Position numbers and translations under genes: made by a program. 64,000 nucleotides of DNA from Treponemataceae bacterium. GTDB taxonomy: Bacteria; Spirochaetota; Spirochaetia; Treponematales; Rectinemataceae. The DNA lies in assembly GCA_963678065.2 (NCBI GenBank), contig CAXXVZ010000003.1:1920001-1984000 (forward strand), given 5' to 3'. Within the stretch, counting starts at the first letter, position 1, and each line of letters begins with the position of its first letter. Shown here piece after piece: positions 49,326-59,794 of this stretch. The notes under the pieces were generated by a model. That model was not told the DNA's origin, did no database searches, and worked only from the letters and a program-made list of their open reading frames with translations.

Positions 49326-50069
49326 ATGGTAAACCATCGAGTAGCGCTCGTGACCGGCGGAAGCAAGGGAATCGGCAGGGGAATCTGCATGGCTCTTGCG
49401 CATGCCGGTATCTCCGTGGCGCTGAATTATAACGTGAGCGGCTCTTCTGCCGAAGAGGTGAAAAATTCGATTGAGGCTTTAGGCGGTAAGGCGTACATAG
49501 TCAAGGCCGATGTATGCGATGAAAATGCGGTCATAGATATGGTCAAGAAAACCGTTTTGCGTTTTGGAGGCCTGGATATATTGGTCAATTCCGCGGGAAT
49601 AATGCCCGCCGGTCCTATTGAAACCATGTCTGTTGAATCGTGGAGGAAGGTGCTCGATACCAACCTCACGAGTTGTTTTCTGACTATCCGCGAAGCGATC
49701 CCGTATCTCAAGAAAAGCGCATGTGCGCGAATAATCAATATTGCATCGCAGGCGGCTTATACAGGGTCGAGCCAGCACGCTCATTATTCGGCATCCAAGG
49801 CGGGCATTCTGGGGTTGACCTACTCGCTGGCCAAAGAGCTGGGACCGTTTGGGATAACTATAAATGCAGTTTCTCCCGGGCGGGTGGACACCGAGATTCT
49901 GGCCTACAGCTCAAACAAAAAAAGGCAGGAATGGCTGGCCAATACTCCGCTGAACAGGCTCGGAACAGTCGACGAAATTGCGAATGTGGTGGCATTCCTT
50001 GCATCGGAAGGCGCCAGCTACATCACCGGTGCAAACCTGAACGTGAATGGCGGAATGCTGATGGGGTAG
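49326..50069 (+). CDS. SDR family oxidoreductase (FabG-like)
   Basis: TGGSKGIG, NSAG, YSASK, ASYITG. Confidence 0.93.
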   Translation: MVNHRVALVTGGSKGIGRGICMALAHAGISVALNYNVSGSSAEEVKNSIEALGGKAYIVKADVCDENAVIDMVKKTVLRFGGLDILVNSAGIMPAGPIETMSVESWRKVLDTNLTSCFLTIREAIPYLKKSACARIINIASQAAYTGSSQHAHYSASKAGILGLTYSLAKELGPFGITINAVSPGRVDTEILAYSSNKKRQEWLANTPLNRLGTVDEIANVVAFLASEGASYITGANLNVNGGMLMG

Positions 50070-50071
50070 CA

Positions 50072-51121
50072 ATGAAAAGCATAAAGACCAGTAGCCTGTC
50101 TTGTTTAGCGATAGGTGATTTTTTACTGCCGTCGAAGGCGTTTGATAATGCGCTCAAAGGCGACGGATTGTTCACGCAGTACCGTTCCATTGATTGGCGA
50201 CAAGGGCTCGATGGTTCGCGGGCACAATTTCGGGATGTGGTACGTCGAATAGAAACCCATGGGTCCAGGGCCTACGACATCCAGAGCGATATCCTGGAAG
50301 GAATCGAAGAGGTAGAAGTGCTATTCATTCACCTGTGTCCGGTACCAGGTGAACTGCTCGATCGGGCCGGGAAGCTCAAGTACATTTTGACTGCGCGGGG
50401 CGGATTGGAAAACATCGACGTCGCTACAGCGAAGAAGAAGAATATCACCATCATCAATTGCCTTGAGCACAATGCGTTGGCGGTTGCTGAATATACTGTC
50501 GGCTTGATTATCAGCGAGATGAGGAATATTGCGCGTTCGTACCTTGCGCTCAAAAGAGGAACCTGGCAGGAGTATTATGATAATACGGCGGCTATACCGG
50601 AGTTGAGCGATTCGGCCGTCGGGCTGATCGGGTTCGGAACCATCGGTAAACTGGTGGCTAAGCGTATTCTGTCTTTTGAATCGAAGGTTCTGGTATGTGA
50701 TCCGTACGTCGACTCCGTATCTATCGAGGCAATGGGCTGCATCCCGGTCAACAAGGAAGAACTACTCAAGAATTGTGATGTTGTCAGTCTGCATGGGCGT
50801 TTACCCAAGGATGCACCGCCGCTCATAGGACCCGAAGAATTATCCTTGATGAAGCCCAATGCTTTGCTCATCAATACCGCAAGGGCCGCTTTGATCGACA
50901 TGAATGCGCTGTATGAGGCACTCAAGCGCAAACAGATCATGGGCGCAGCGTTGGATGTATTTCCTGTCGAGCCGCTGCCGGAAGACTACCGGTTTCTCAA
51001 ACTCGACAATGTCACACTCACCAACCATCGCGGAGGTGACACTTTGAATTCGTACGTAAAAGCGCCTGGTTTGTTGTTAAAAAAACTGCATGGCGAATTC
51101 TCTATGGTTACAGGACGGTAA
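50072..51121 (+). CDS. D-isomer-specific 2-hydroxyacid dehydrogenase
   Basis: NALAVAE, GLIGFGTIG, INTARA, ALDVFPVEP, LTNH. Confidence 0.92.
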   Translation: MKSIKTSSLSCLAIGDFLLPSKAFDNALKGDGLFTQYRSIDWRQGLDGSRAQFRDVVRRIETHGSRAYDIQSDILEGIEEVEVLFIHLCPVPGELLDRAGKLKYILTARGGLENIDVATAKKKNITIINCLEHNALAVAEYTVGLIISEMRNIARSYLALKRGTWQEYYDNTAAIPELSDSAVGLIGFGTIGKLVAKRILSFESKVLVCDPYVDSVSIEAMGCIPVNKEELLKNCDVVSLHGRLPKDAPPLIGPEELSLMKPNALLINTARAALIDMNALYEALKRKQIMGAALDVFPVEPLPEDYRFLKLDNVTLTNHRGGDTLNSYVKAPGLLLKKLHGEFSMVTGR

Positions 51122-51189
51122 ACCGTCTGGTAATAAATATCTCCGGTTGCTTGAAAAGGCCGGAAAATCTGAAGGGAGGGTAAAGAGAA

Positions 51190-52146
51190 ATGAAAAGAGC
51201 ATCAAAAATGATGGTCATCATGCTTGTGATGATATCCGCAGGCGGCCTCTTGTTCGCACAGGGGACCAATCAGAAATCGGCAACAGCAGGCAAAGGTGCA
51301 AAAGAAATCGCTTTCTTGCCTCCTGCCATGATCAGTCCGTATTATGCATCCTGTATAAAAGGAGCTGAACCGATCGCCCGGGCGTTGGGGTATAAGCTCG
51401 TCGTGGCATCTCCTGAAAAGGAAAGTGATTATGACGCACAGGTGCGTCTTGTCGAAGACATGATCACCCGTGGCGTATCCGGGGTAATTCTCTGTGCAAT
51501 TAACTCCGACGCCATCGTAACGGCCGTCAAGAAGTGCAATGCTGCCAAGATCCCCGTAGTCATGTTCAATACCCAAGACAAGCTCGCAGGGGGCAAAGTC
51601 GACAGCTATGTCCGCTACGACCAATATGTCGGCGGCGCGAAGATGGCCGATTACGTTGCGGAAAAGTTCAATGGAAAAGCGAATGTCGCGATCATCGAAG
51701 GTCTGCCGAGCGTACATACCACCTCTCGCATGGGTGGTTTCATTGACGAAGCCAAGAAAAAATTCCCCGGCATCAAAGTCGTAGCAACACAACCCGGTGA
51801 CTGGGAACGTGAAAAAGGCATGAACGCTGCGGCAAACATGCTTCAGGCGCACCCCGAAATCAATGTTTTCTTCTCTCTTTGCGACGAAATGGGTCTTGGT
51901 GCCGCAAAGGCGATCGAGCAGGCGGGCAGCAAGGCGAAGGTTGCATCCTTTGATGGCAACCCTAATGCAATTGAAGCGGTGAAGGCAGGAAAGATCCTTG
52001 GTACCTTGTCCATCAACGGTTTGGAGACCGGAAAGTTGTGCGTTCAGGCCATCGACAAGATCATAAAGGGCGAGAAGGTCGACGAGATCATTCAGGTCGA
52101 AACGGTTGTCGTGACCCCTGCGAATGCTGATCAATTCCTGAAATGA
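51190..52146 (+). CDS. Sugar ABC substrate-binding protein (RbsB-like)
   Basis: Signal peptide; QPGDWERE, DEMGLGA, FDG. Confidence 0.92.
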   Translation: MKRASKMMVIMLVMISAGGLLFAQGTNQKSATAGKGAKEIAFLPPAMISPYYASCIKGAEPIARALGYKLVVASPEKESDYDAQVRLVEDMITRGVSGVILCAINSDAIVTAVKKCNAAKIPVVMFNTQDKLAGGKVDSYVRYDQYVGGAKMADYVAEKFNGKANVAIIEGLPSVHTTSRMGGFIDEAKKKFPGIKVVATQPGDWEREKGMNAAANMLQAHPEINVFFSLCDEMGLGAAKAIEQAGSKAKVASFDGNPNAIEAVKAGKILGTLSINGLETGKLCVQAIDKIIKGEKVDEIIQVETVVVTPANADQFLK

Positions 52147-52167
52147 ATCCGTAATATCAAAGTATGA

Positions 52168-52201
52168 TGAAGGTGTGCGGCATAATAGTCGCACACCTTC
52201 A
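52168..52201 (+). other. Intercistronic hairpin after SBP gene
   Basis: TGAAGGTGTGCGGC...GTCGCACACCTTCA stem. Confidence 0.6.
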
Positions 52202-52228
52202 AAATTAAAATAGAGAAGAGAGAACCCC

Positions 52229-53728
52229 ATGACAGAAGACAACATTATCACCATGACGGGTATAACAAAGCGATTCCCAGGTGTTCTCGCTTTGGATAAT
52301 GCCAATCTGGAAGTGAAAAAAGGCGAAGTCCACGTGTTGCTGGGGGAGAACGGGGCCGGTAAGTCCACATTGATGAAAATATTGGCAGGAGCATACATCA
52401 AAGACAGCGGCACGATCATGTTCGACGGGGAACAAGTGGAGATAGGGTCTCCGAAACAAGCCGAAAAGATCGGGATCAGTATCATCTATCAGGAGCTCAA
52501 TCTCATCCCTGCGCTGACCGTAGCGGAAAACATATTCATGGGCCGACACAAGATGAAAGGGAATATCCAGATAAACTGGAACGAAATGTACTACAGCGCA
52601 AAAAAAATACTCGATGATCTTGAGATCAATATTGACCCAAACGTACAAGTAAATCGTCTTGGTATAGCCCAGCAGCAGATGGTCGAAGTGGCAAAGGCCT
52701 TGTCGATCAATGCGAAGATCATCGTCATGGATGAGCCGACCTCGGCGTTGACGACGCTGGAAATAGAACACTTATTCAAGGCTATTAAAAAACTGAAAAG
52801 CAATGGTGTTTCCATAATATATATCTCGCATAGACTCGAAGAAGTCAAAGAAATCGGTGACAGAAGCACCATCATGCGCGATGGAAAGACGATCGCACAT
52901 GTGGAGCTCAAAGATACGTCCATAGATGAAATCATCAAATTGATGGTCGGTCGTGAGTTGAAAGAAAAATTCCCCAAGATAAAGGTCAATATGGGTAAGG
53001 AGCGATTCCGGGTAGAAAATCTCAGTTGTGGCAAGTCCGTGCAAAACGTCAGTTTTTCTGTCAACGCTGGAGAAATATTTGGAATAGGCGGTCTCATCGG
53101 CGCCGGCCGCACTGAAACAGCGCGCGCCATTTTCGGTTTGGGAAAAAGCACTACCGGCAAGATTTTTGTCGACGGCATAGAATGCAAAATCAAATGTCCG
53201 CGTGATGCCATCGCAGCAGGAATCGGTTTTGTTACAGAAGATCGGAAGAGTGAAGGATTGGTGCTCAAAATGGACGTAGGCACCAATATATCTTTAGCAT
53301 CCCTGAATAAATTCGAGAAGGGTGGCGTTCATATCAATCTTTCGCAAGAGCGTGAGATGGTTGAGGACTATATAATAAAACTGAATATACGAACCCCCAA
53401 TTCTTTTCAAAAAGTGCGCAATCTGTCTGGTGGCAACCAACAAAAAGTAGTGCTGGCGAAATGGCTAGTGCAGAATTCAAGCGTGTTCATCTTCGATGAA
53501 CCGACGCGCGGCATCGACGTCAACGCCAAAATAGAGGTTTATAACCTTATCAACAATCTCATAAGCGCGGGCAAGGTCGTAGTGCTCATTTCGAGTGAAT
53601 TGCCTGAACTTTTAGGAATGTGTGACAGAATTGCCGTGATGTGCCTGGGGTCAATAACAGGCGAACTTTCGCGCGAAGAAGCGACACAGGAGCGGGTGCT
53701 TCATTATGCGATAGGAGGAGACAAGTAA
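52229..53728 (+). CDS. Sugar ABC ATP-binding protein (RbsA-like)
   Basis: GENGAGKST, DEPTSAL, LSGGNQQK, DEPTRGID. Confidence 0.95.
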   Translation: MTEDNIITMTGITKRFPGVLALDNANLEVKKGEVHVLLGENGAGKSTLMKILAGAYIKDSGTIMFDGEQVEIGSPKQAEKIGISIIYQELNLIPALTVAENIFMGRHKMKGNIQINWNEMYYSAKKILDDLEINIDPNVQVNRLGIAQQQMVEVAKALSINAKIIVMDEPTSALTTLEIEHLFKAIKKLKSNGVSIIYISHRLEEVKEIGDRSTIMRDGKTIAHVELKDTSIDEIIKLMVGRELKEKFPKIKVNMGKERFRVENLSCGKSVQNVSFSVNAGEIFGIGGLIGAGRTETARAIFGLGKSTTGKIFVDGIECKIKCPRDAIAAGIGFVTEDRKSEGLVLKMDVGTNISLASLNKFEKGGVHINLSQEREMVEDYIIKLNIRTPNSFQKVRNLSGGNQQKVVLAKWLVQNSSVFIFDEPTRGIDVNAKIEVYNLINNLISAGKVVVLISSELPELLGMCDRIAVMCLGSITGELSREEATQERVLHYAIGGDK

Positions 53729-53759
53729 TCCGCTAAAATCGGGAAAGGGGATACCAACA

Positions 53760-54722
53760 ATGGAACTGAAAAAAATGCGCATGAGCTCGAACAGCACTAC
53801 GCTGGGTATCACGTCAGCGTTCGTGGCGCTTTGCATCATCCTCGCCATTCTGAGCAGGAATTTCTTGAAACCAGTAAATCTTCTCAATATTCTGCAGCAG
53901 GTTTCCATTAATTTTACGATTGCCATAGGAATGACGTTCATCATTCTTCTCGGGTGCATCGATCTGTCAGTCGGATCGAATGTCGCATTTACAGGATTGG
54001 TCATGGCAATCATGATGAAAACCTTGTTGATGCCTGTCTGGGTGGCAGTATTGACGGGCTTGGTCGTCGCTTCGACAATCGGATTGATCAACGGCTTCTT
54101 GGTGACTTATTTTGATCTTCCGCCTTTTATTGCGACGCTGGGCACCATGTCGATTGCCCGCGGTGCGGCGTATACGATAACTGCGGGACAACCGATTTAT
54201 ACTTTCCCCCAGAATTTCCTGGTGATCAGCGACCGGATTGGAGGCATCCCTCTTTTCGCGATTTTGATCATGATCGTGTTGTTTGTGCTTGGCTGGTATG
54301 TGCTCAAGTACACCCGCCTCGGGCGATATACATACGCCATCGGCGGCAATGAGAATTGCGCAAAACTATCGGGCATCAGCGTGAAAACCGTAAAAACGGC
54401 AGCCTTTGCGATCATCGGATTATGCTGCGGTGTTGCGTCGATCCTGTTGACTTCGCGCCTTGATAGCGCGGTACCGACAAATGCGGACGGTTATGAAATG
54501 GATGCGATCGCCGCTGTCGTAATCGGCGGAACGAGCATGTCTGGCGGCGAAGGTTCGCTGCCCGGCACCTTGATCGGCGTACTGATCATAGGCGTAATTG
54601 GAAACGGTCTCAACCTCCTGAGTGTGCCTCAAGGGGCACAGCGCATGGTAAAGGGACTGATTATTGTCATCGCCGTCATCATCGATGTGATGCGGCGCAG
54701 AAGCGTGGCCAACGCGAAATAG
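53760..54722 (+). CDS. Sugar ABC permease (RbsC-like)
   Basis: IDLSVGS, PPFIATLG, DAIAAVVIGGTS. Confidence 0.94.
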   Translation: MELKKMRMSSNSTTLGITSAFVALCIILAILSRNFLKPVNLLNILQQVSINFTIAIGMTFIILLGCIDLSVGSNVAFTGLVMAIMMKTLLMPVWVAVLTGLVVASTIGLINGFLVTYFDLPPFIATLGTMSIARGAAYTITAGQPIYTFPQNFLVISDRIGGIPLFAILIMIVLFVLGWYVLKYTRLGRYTYAIGGNENCAKLSGISVKTVKTAAFAIIGLCCGVASILLTSRLDSAVPTNADGYEMDAIAAVVIGGTSMSGGEGSLPGTLIGVLIIGVIGNGLNLLSVPQGAQRMVKGLIIVIAVIIDVMRRRSVANAK

Positions 54723-54738
54723 AAAATTCTTAGTAATG

Positions 54739-55437
54739 CTATTCTCCGCCGAGCATAAATTCGACGGCAGCGGAGGCATGAAGAGTCATTGTATCCCAGA
54801 GGGGCAGATCGAGGTCGTCATTCTTCAGTATGAGGGGCAACTCAGTACAACCAAGAATGACTCCTTCGGCACCTCTTTCTCTCAATTTGCGGATAACAGT
54901 TACAAGTTTCTGTTTCGAGGACTCGAGAAAACGCCCACCACAAAGCTCGGAGAAAATGATCCTGTTTATCTCGAGGCGATCGGATTCTTCTGGCACCACA
55001 CTCTCGATCCCGAAGCGCTGGGCCAGCCGATCCTTGTAGAATCCCTTTTCCATCGAATAACGCGTGCCGAGAAGCCCGACGCGACGCACTCCCGAGCGGG
55101 CGATCTCTTTACCCACGGCGTCGGCTATGTGGATAACCGGCAATCCACTCCGCGTGGCTATCTGCCCGGCGAAGATGTGCATCGTATTCGTGGCTATGAG
55201 AAGCCCGTCGACGCGTGAGGCGATGAGTCGATCGGTCTCTTCGAGCAGACCACGCTCCACCGCGTCCCACCGGTCGGCGGCCATATCGTCCGAATAGCTC
55301 TGAAAATCGACGGAAGTGAGAACAATACGTCCGGAATGTACTCCACCGAGACGATCCCGGACAGCCTTATTGATGAGTCGATAGTACTCGATCGTCGATT
55401 CCCAACTCATGCCACCGATGATACCCAGCGTCTTCAT
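54739..55437 (-). CDS. Aspartate/glutamate racemase family protein (YgeA-like)
   Basis: GIIGGMSWEST, ATNTMH, LGCTELP. Confidence 0.93.
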   Translation of the reverse strand: MKTLGIIGGMSWESTIEYYRLINKAVRDRLGGVHSGRIVLTSVDFQSYSDDMAADRWDAVERGLLEETDRLIASRVDGLLIATNTMHIFAGQIATRSGLPVIHIADAVGKEIARSGVRRVGLLGTRYSMEKGFYKDRLAQRFGIESVVPEESDRLEINRIIFSELCGGRFLESSKQKLVTVIRKLRERGAEGVILGCTELPLILKNDDLDLPLWDTMTLHASAAVEFMLGGE

Positions 55438-56870
55438 TTCATCACTCCTCTGCGGGCCTCGTCCCGCGACTTTACGAATGCGCATATCGTTCGATCCACA
55501 TCTTCGTCGGTCGTCATATAGGAGCAGACGCTGATCCGTATCGCCGGCTCATGTTTCCAGGTCGTGGAGCCGCACCAAGCCTCCCCCGAAGCCTGCAGAG
55601 CTCCCAAGGTTTCGCGGGTGAGCGTCGCTTCACCGCAGGAAACGAGCACCTGGTTGAAGCGTACCTCGTTGAGAATTGAAAAACCTTCGCGCTCAAGCCC
55701 CGTCGCGAAGCGGGTCGCCTTGTCACACAGCGAGTCGACGAGATCGCCGACCCCGCGTCGTCCGAGGGCCTTCAGTGTGGCCCAGAGCTCAACCGATCGT
55801 GCCCGTCTCGACATCTCGGGGGAATACCGCATGCCATCCCTATCTTCGGAAAACGCGAAGTACGAGCCGGACATACTCATCGATCGGGCCAGGGCCTCGG
55901 GTTCTCTGCAGAAGATGATTCCGTTGTCGTAAGGGGCGTTCAGTGTCTTGTGCGCGTCGGTCGACCAGGAATCCGCGCCCTCGATGCCATCGACCAGGTA
56001 CTTCCGCGTCCCGGAGGCTGCGGCCCACAGGCCGAAGGCGCCGTCGACATGGACCCAGGAACCGGCCGCGCGGGCTTTTTCGCACAGCGGTCTGAACTGG
56101 TCGAAGGCGCCCGTGTTCACATTGCCCGCCTGCACGATGAGAAGCGTTGAGTTGTCGAATGGCGGCGCCATTTCGGGGATCATCCTCCCCTGATCGTCTA
56201 CGGGCACCACGATGACTCGCTCTCGCCCGAGGCCGAGGAGCGACAGGGCTTTGAATACGGTCGCGTGGGCCTGTCCGCCGACAACAACGCGCAGCTGCGG
56301 CGCGCCGAATAGTCCGCGGGCGCGCTGGTCCCAGCCGGACCGTGCGAGTAGCTCATCGCGGCCGACCGCGAGGCCGCAGAGTGTGGCAGTCGAGGTTCCG
56401 CCGACGAAACCTGCGGCTGTTCCCGGGGGCAGGCCGAGGAGATCGACGAGCCAAACCTCGCAGACAGTCTCGAGCACGGAAGCCACCGGCGATATGACAT
56501 ACAGTGCCGCATTCTGATCCCAGGAATCGGCCAGCCACTTCGCTGCAAGCGCGACCGGAAGCACTCCTCCATTGACGAAACCGAAATACCTGCCCCCCGT
56601 CTGCGCGACTGTCGCCGGCGAGCCGCGCCGGTGAAGAAGATCGAGGATGGCGCCCGGGTCGCCAGGGCCTTCGGGCAGAGCCTCGCGGAACTCCGAGAGA
56701 GCTTCCAGCGCCGTTTTCGAGGGAAACACGGCCCGATCCGCTACAGCGTTCATGTACGCGAGCGCGCTGCGCTGAGCGCGTTCGAAAAGCTCGGCGTTGC
56801 CGACCTGTCGTCTGAGTGTCGCCATCAGGGATTCGTCCTGTGATCGCACAGATAGGGTTTGTGGTTTCAT
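55434..56870 (-). CDS. PLP-dependent group II amino-acid decarboxylase
   Basis: RYFGFV, HVDGAFG, TDAHKTL. Confidence 0.92.
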   Translation of the reverse strand: MKPQTLSVRSQDESLMATLRRQVGNAELFERAQRSALAYMNAVADRAVFPSKTALEALSEFREALPEGPGDPGAILDLLHRRGSPATVAQTGGRYFGFVNGGVLPVALAAKWLADSWDQNAALYVISPVASVLETVCEVWLVDLLGLPPGTAAGFVGGTSTATLCGLAVGRDELLARSGWDQRARGLFGAPQLRVVVGGQAHATVFKALSLLGLGRERVIVVPVDDQGRMIPEMAPPFDNSTLLIVQAGNVNTGAFDQFRPLCEKARAAGSWVHVDGAFGLWAAASGTRKYLVDGIEGADSWSTDAHKTLNAPYDNGIIFCREPEALARSMSMSGSYFAFSEDRDGMRYSPEMSRRARSVELWATLKALGRRGVGDLVDSLCDKATRFATGLEREGFSILNEVRFNQVLVSCGEATLTRETLGALQASGEAWCGSTTWKHEPAIRISVCSYMTTDEDVDRTICAFVKSRDEARRGVMK

Positions 56871-56904
56871 ATGCGCCTCTCCTGGTTTTCGGGATCAGTA
56901 TAGA

Positions 56905-56948
56905 ATTGACATTATATGCAGTCAATAGTAGTTTTGTCTGCAAGACAA
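56905..56948. promoter_or_regulatory. Two inverted repeats, candidate MocR operators in a divergent promoter
   Basis: ATTGAC-N10-GTCAAT and TTGTCT-GCA-AGACAA. Confidence 0.45.
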
Positions 56949-56967
56949 TATCAATTTGGAGTCGCCG

Positions 56968-58344
56968 ATGTGGAGACCACAAGCGCTCGATGACAACAAA
57001 CCGCTCTACATAGCCATCGCCGATGCCTTGGAGCGGGATATCGCCGAGGGGAGACTCGGGCCAGGAGAGAGAATCCCCACCCAGCGCGAACTCGCGTCTG
57101 CCGTGGGCGTTGATCTGAGTACGGTAACGAGGGCTTACGCGGAGAGCGGGCGGCGGGGTCTCATCTCGGCGACGGTGGGGAGAGGGAGCTTCGTGTCTGC
57201 GGACATCGGCGTCTCCGTTCCCCTTGTACGCGGCGGTGCCGTCGATTCCGCCTTGCTCGAGATGGGCTTGGTTCTGCCGCTCTATTCGCTCGAGAAGGAG
57301 ACGACCGCAGCCGTCCGGGCGAGCATAGCCTCGGCCAATCTGGGGCAGTATCTCAGGTACTGCGACCCCCGAGGCCTGGCCGAACACCGCGAAGTCGGAG
57401 CCCAGTGGGTACGACGCTATGGTGTGGAGGCGAGTGCCGAGGACATCCTCGTCGCCTCGGGCACACAGAACGGCCTCGCCTGCGCTCTCATGTCTCTTCT
57501 GAAGCCGGGCGACCGCGTGGCGGTCGAGGCGCTCACCTACCCTGGATTGAAGACCGCAGCTTCCATGCTCGGCATCAAACTCGTCCCGATTCCTATGGAT
57601 TCAGCCGGCCTTTTGCCGGATGATCTGGAGGCTGCATGTCGGAGGGAAGCGGTGCGCGCCCTTTATCTCATGCCCGAGGTGCAGAATCCCACGACGGTGG
57701 CCCTGCCGGAGGACCGGCGCAGGGCGGTGGTCGATATTGTCCACCGCTACGGTCTCATTCTCTTGGAGGACGACGCGTACGGAGATACACGCGAGGACCG
57801 AAGACCCGCCCTGAGCGCAAGCGCGCCCGACAATGCGATTTTCTTCGGCGGCATATCCAAGGTCTTCGGCGCGGGTCTCCGGATTTCCTTCCTTGCCGCA
57901 CCGCATCGCTTCGTCGGCGCCATCGAGCGGGCCATCCTTTCCTCCGTGTGGATGGCGTCGCCGCTTTCCGCGATGATCGTCGCGCGCATTATCCAGAGCG
58001 GCGACGCAAAGACAATCATCGCAGCGAAAAAAACCGAGGCAAGGAGACGATCGGCCCTGGCCGCCAAGAGCCTCGCGACGCATCGCTTCCACTGTCCACC
58101 GGCTGGCTTCTTCGGCTGGCTGGAGCTCCCTTCCGGGTGGACAGGCAAGGAATTCGAACTTGAGGCGAGGGATGCCGGTGTGAGGCTCTTTTGTGCGGAG
58201 AAGTTCGCCGTTGGCGGGCAAAGCCCCGCCGCCGTGCGTCTGTCCCTCTCCGGGCCCGATACCATCGAGGATCTACAGCGAGGCCTGGAATGTGTGTCCC
58301 GGCTTCTGGCAGAAAGGCCTCGTCGGGAGGCAGCCATATTCTGA
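56968..58344 (+). CDS. MocR/GabR-family regulator (GntR HTH + PLP aminotransferase domain)
   Basis: PTQRELA...TVTRAY...GRGSFV; QNPT, EDDAY, SKVFGAGLR. Confidence 0.94.
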   Translation: MWRPQALDDNKPLYIAIADALERDIAEGRLGPGERIPTQRELASAVGVDLSTVTRAYAESGRRGLISATVGRGSFVSADIGVSVPLVRGGAVDSALLEMGLVLPLYSLEKETTAAVRASIASANLGQYLRYCDPRGLAEHREVGAQWVRRYGVEASAEDILVASGTQNGLACALMSLLKPGDRVAVEALTYPGLKTAASMLGIKLVPIPMDSAGLLPDDLEAACRREAVRALYLMPEVQNPTTVALPEDRRRAVVDIVHRYGLILLEDDAYGDTREDRRPALSASAPDNAIFFGGISKVFGAGLRISFLAAPHRFVGAIERAILSSVWMASPLSAMIVARIIQSGDAKTIIAAKKTEARRRSALAAKSLATHRFHCPPAGFFGWLELPSGWTGKEFELEARDAGVRLFCAEKFAVGGQSPAAVRLSLSGPDTIEDLQRGLECVSRLLAERPRREAAIF

Positions 58345-58354
58345 AGCCATACGA

Positions 58355-59092
58355 TCATTGTCCCGCTTGCGCGTCCTTCCCTTCGTTCCTCTCTGCGACT
58401 ATCCGGGCTATTCTCTCGTGGACCGCCTTCCAGCGGCCGAGCATCTTCGCACGCGCATCCGAGTCAGCGAGCCCCTCCTGGTGTATGGAGATCGTCGCCC
58501 TTCTTCCCGACGCGCGGAGAACGCGGATCTGCAGGATCGAACTCTTCGGCGAGGACGCAAGCCGGAAACGCATCCTCAAATGCGAGAGCGGCGAAAAGGT
58601 CGTGACCTCATAGGCTGTGCCCTTCCCGTCGTTCCATGAAGCGCCGGGGCCATCCCCTTCCAGGACCTCTTTCCGTCCCGTGATGAGCTCATTTCCCCGG
58701 GCCGAGACGAGGAGTTTCCACACCTCTTCGGGGGTGATGTCGTATGTCCTTCGCACTCCCATCTCGAAACCCGATTCCTTTGTGCGGCCAAGCTCTCTGC
58801 TCTCGCCCTCCGTTGCCCGCAATGCGAAGGCCACGGCGACGGCGTGCTTACAGAAATGCGTCTGGGCCTTCCGGCAGTTGCACCGCCAGGAGAGGGTCTC
58901 GCCGTTCCGCTCGAACTCCACGGTCCGCTTCGTTCCGCCCCCTACGCGCGCCGTGATTCCCGATCCGTCGCGCGCAAGGAATTCCACCTCTCCCGCCTCG
59001 AAGAGTTCCCGGCCGAGCCGCTCGTTCGATGGAGTGGCCTTGAAATCCTTACCGGAGTCCAGCAAGGAGACGATGTCCCCGGATGCGTTCAT
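58355..59092 (-). CDS. SWIM zinc finger fused to SRPBCC/AHSA1-like domain
   Basis: CNC...FCKHAVA; then VRRTYDITPEEVWKLL...ISIHQEGL. Confidence 0.75.
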   Translation of the reverse strand: MNASGDIVSLLDSGKDFKATPSNERLGRELFEAGEVEFLARDGSGITARVGGGTKRTVEFERNGETLSWRCNCRKAQTHFCKHAVAVAFALRATEGESRELGRTKESGFEMGVRRTYDITPEEVWKLLVSARGNELITGRKEVLEGDGPGASWNDGKGTAYEVTTFSPLSHLRMRFRLASSPKSSILQIRVLRASGRRATISIHQEGLADSDARAKMLGRWKAVHERIARIVAERNEGKDAQAGQ

Positions 59093-59745
59093 ATGCTTCC
59101 CTCATCGTCCCCTCCGATCGGAAGCGAATCGACAAGTTGAAAATAATACCGCGGTTCGTGGTCCCGATAGAGCCCGGTCCACCCATCCAGTGTGCCGGGA
59201 GAAAAGAGTTCGAGCTGCTCGATGACGAGGCGCGCGAATTCCAGGGGAGCCACACCCGACGCCGTGATCAATCCCCGATCGACGACGGCAGGCTCATTGC
59301 GATACAGAGACTCTCCCCGATACTCGGGCGCGAGGGCCTTGAGAAAATCGAGAGCGTTGCTCGTATGCTTCCGCTCATTCAGGAGACCGGCGCGCGCGAG
59401 GCCGAGAGTGGCCCCGCAGATGGCCGCAACCGGAATGCCGACCTCGAGAAAGCGCCTGGTCAGTCCGATTGCTCCTTCGTGGGCGGAGTTTGACCAGCTG
59501 TCCCCGCCCGGCAATAGAAGAACCACCGCTTCGGTGGGATCAACCTCATCGATTGTCATGTCGGGCACCAGTGTCAGCCCACCCATCGTAACGACCCGTT
59601 CCCTCGTGGTTGCGAAGGTCTTGACTTCGATTTTTCGCGTCCTATCCTTGAAATACCTTCCGCTCTGCAGCTCCGCAGTCAAAAAGCCGATCTCCCAATC
59701 GGCCAAGGTGTCGAAGACATAGAGATACGCGTTTTTCCTGCTCAT
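59089..59745 (-). CDS. DJ-1/PfpI family (type 1 glutamine amidotransferase-like) protein
   Basis: LADWE, LLLPGG, AAICGA, LITASG; SD GGGAGGGAG. Confidence 0.92.
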   Translation of the reverse strand: MSRKNAYLYVFDTLADWEIGFLTAELQSGRYFKDRTRKIEVKTFATTRERVVTMGGLTLVPDMTIDEVDPTEAVVLLLPGGDSWSNSAHEGAIGLTRRFLEVGIPVAAICGATLGLARAGLLNERKHTSNALDFLKALAPEYRGESLYRNEPAVVDRGLITASGVAPLEFARLVIEQLELFSPGTLDGWTGLYRDHEPRYYFQLVDSLPIGGDDEGSI

Positions 59746-59779
59746 ACTCCCTCCCTTCACGAAAGATACAGCAGGGTTG

Positions 59780-59794
59780 TGACAGAGTATGTCA
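59780..59794. promoter_or_regulatory. Candidate operator of the WYL regulator
   Basis: TGACA-gagta-TGTCA palindrome upstream of the DJ-1 gene. Confidence 0.55.

Noticed and set aside
49640..50071. Extended N-terminus of the 2-hydroxyacid dehydrogenase
   Set aside because: Overlaps the SDR out of frame; ATG 50072 follows the SDR stop.
51202..52485. 427-aa minus-strand ORF
   Set aside because: Antisense to RbsB/RbsA-like genes; no independent features.
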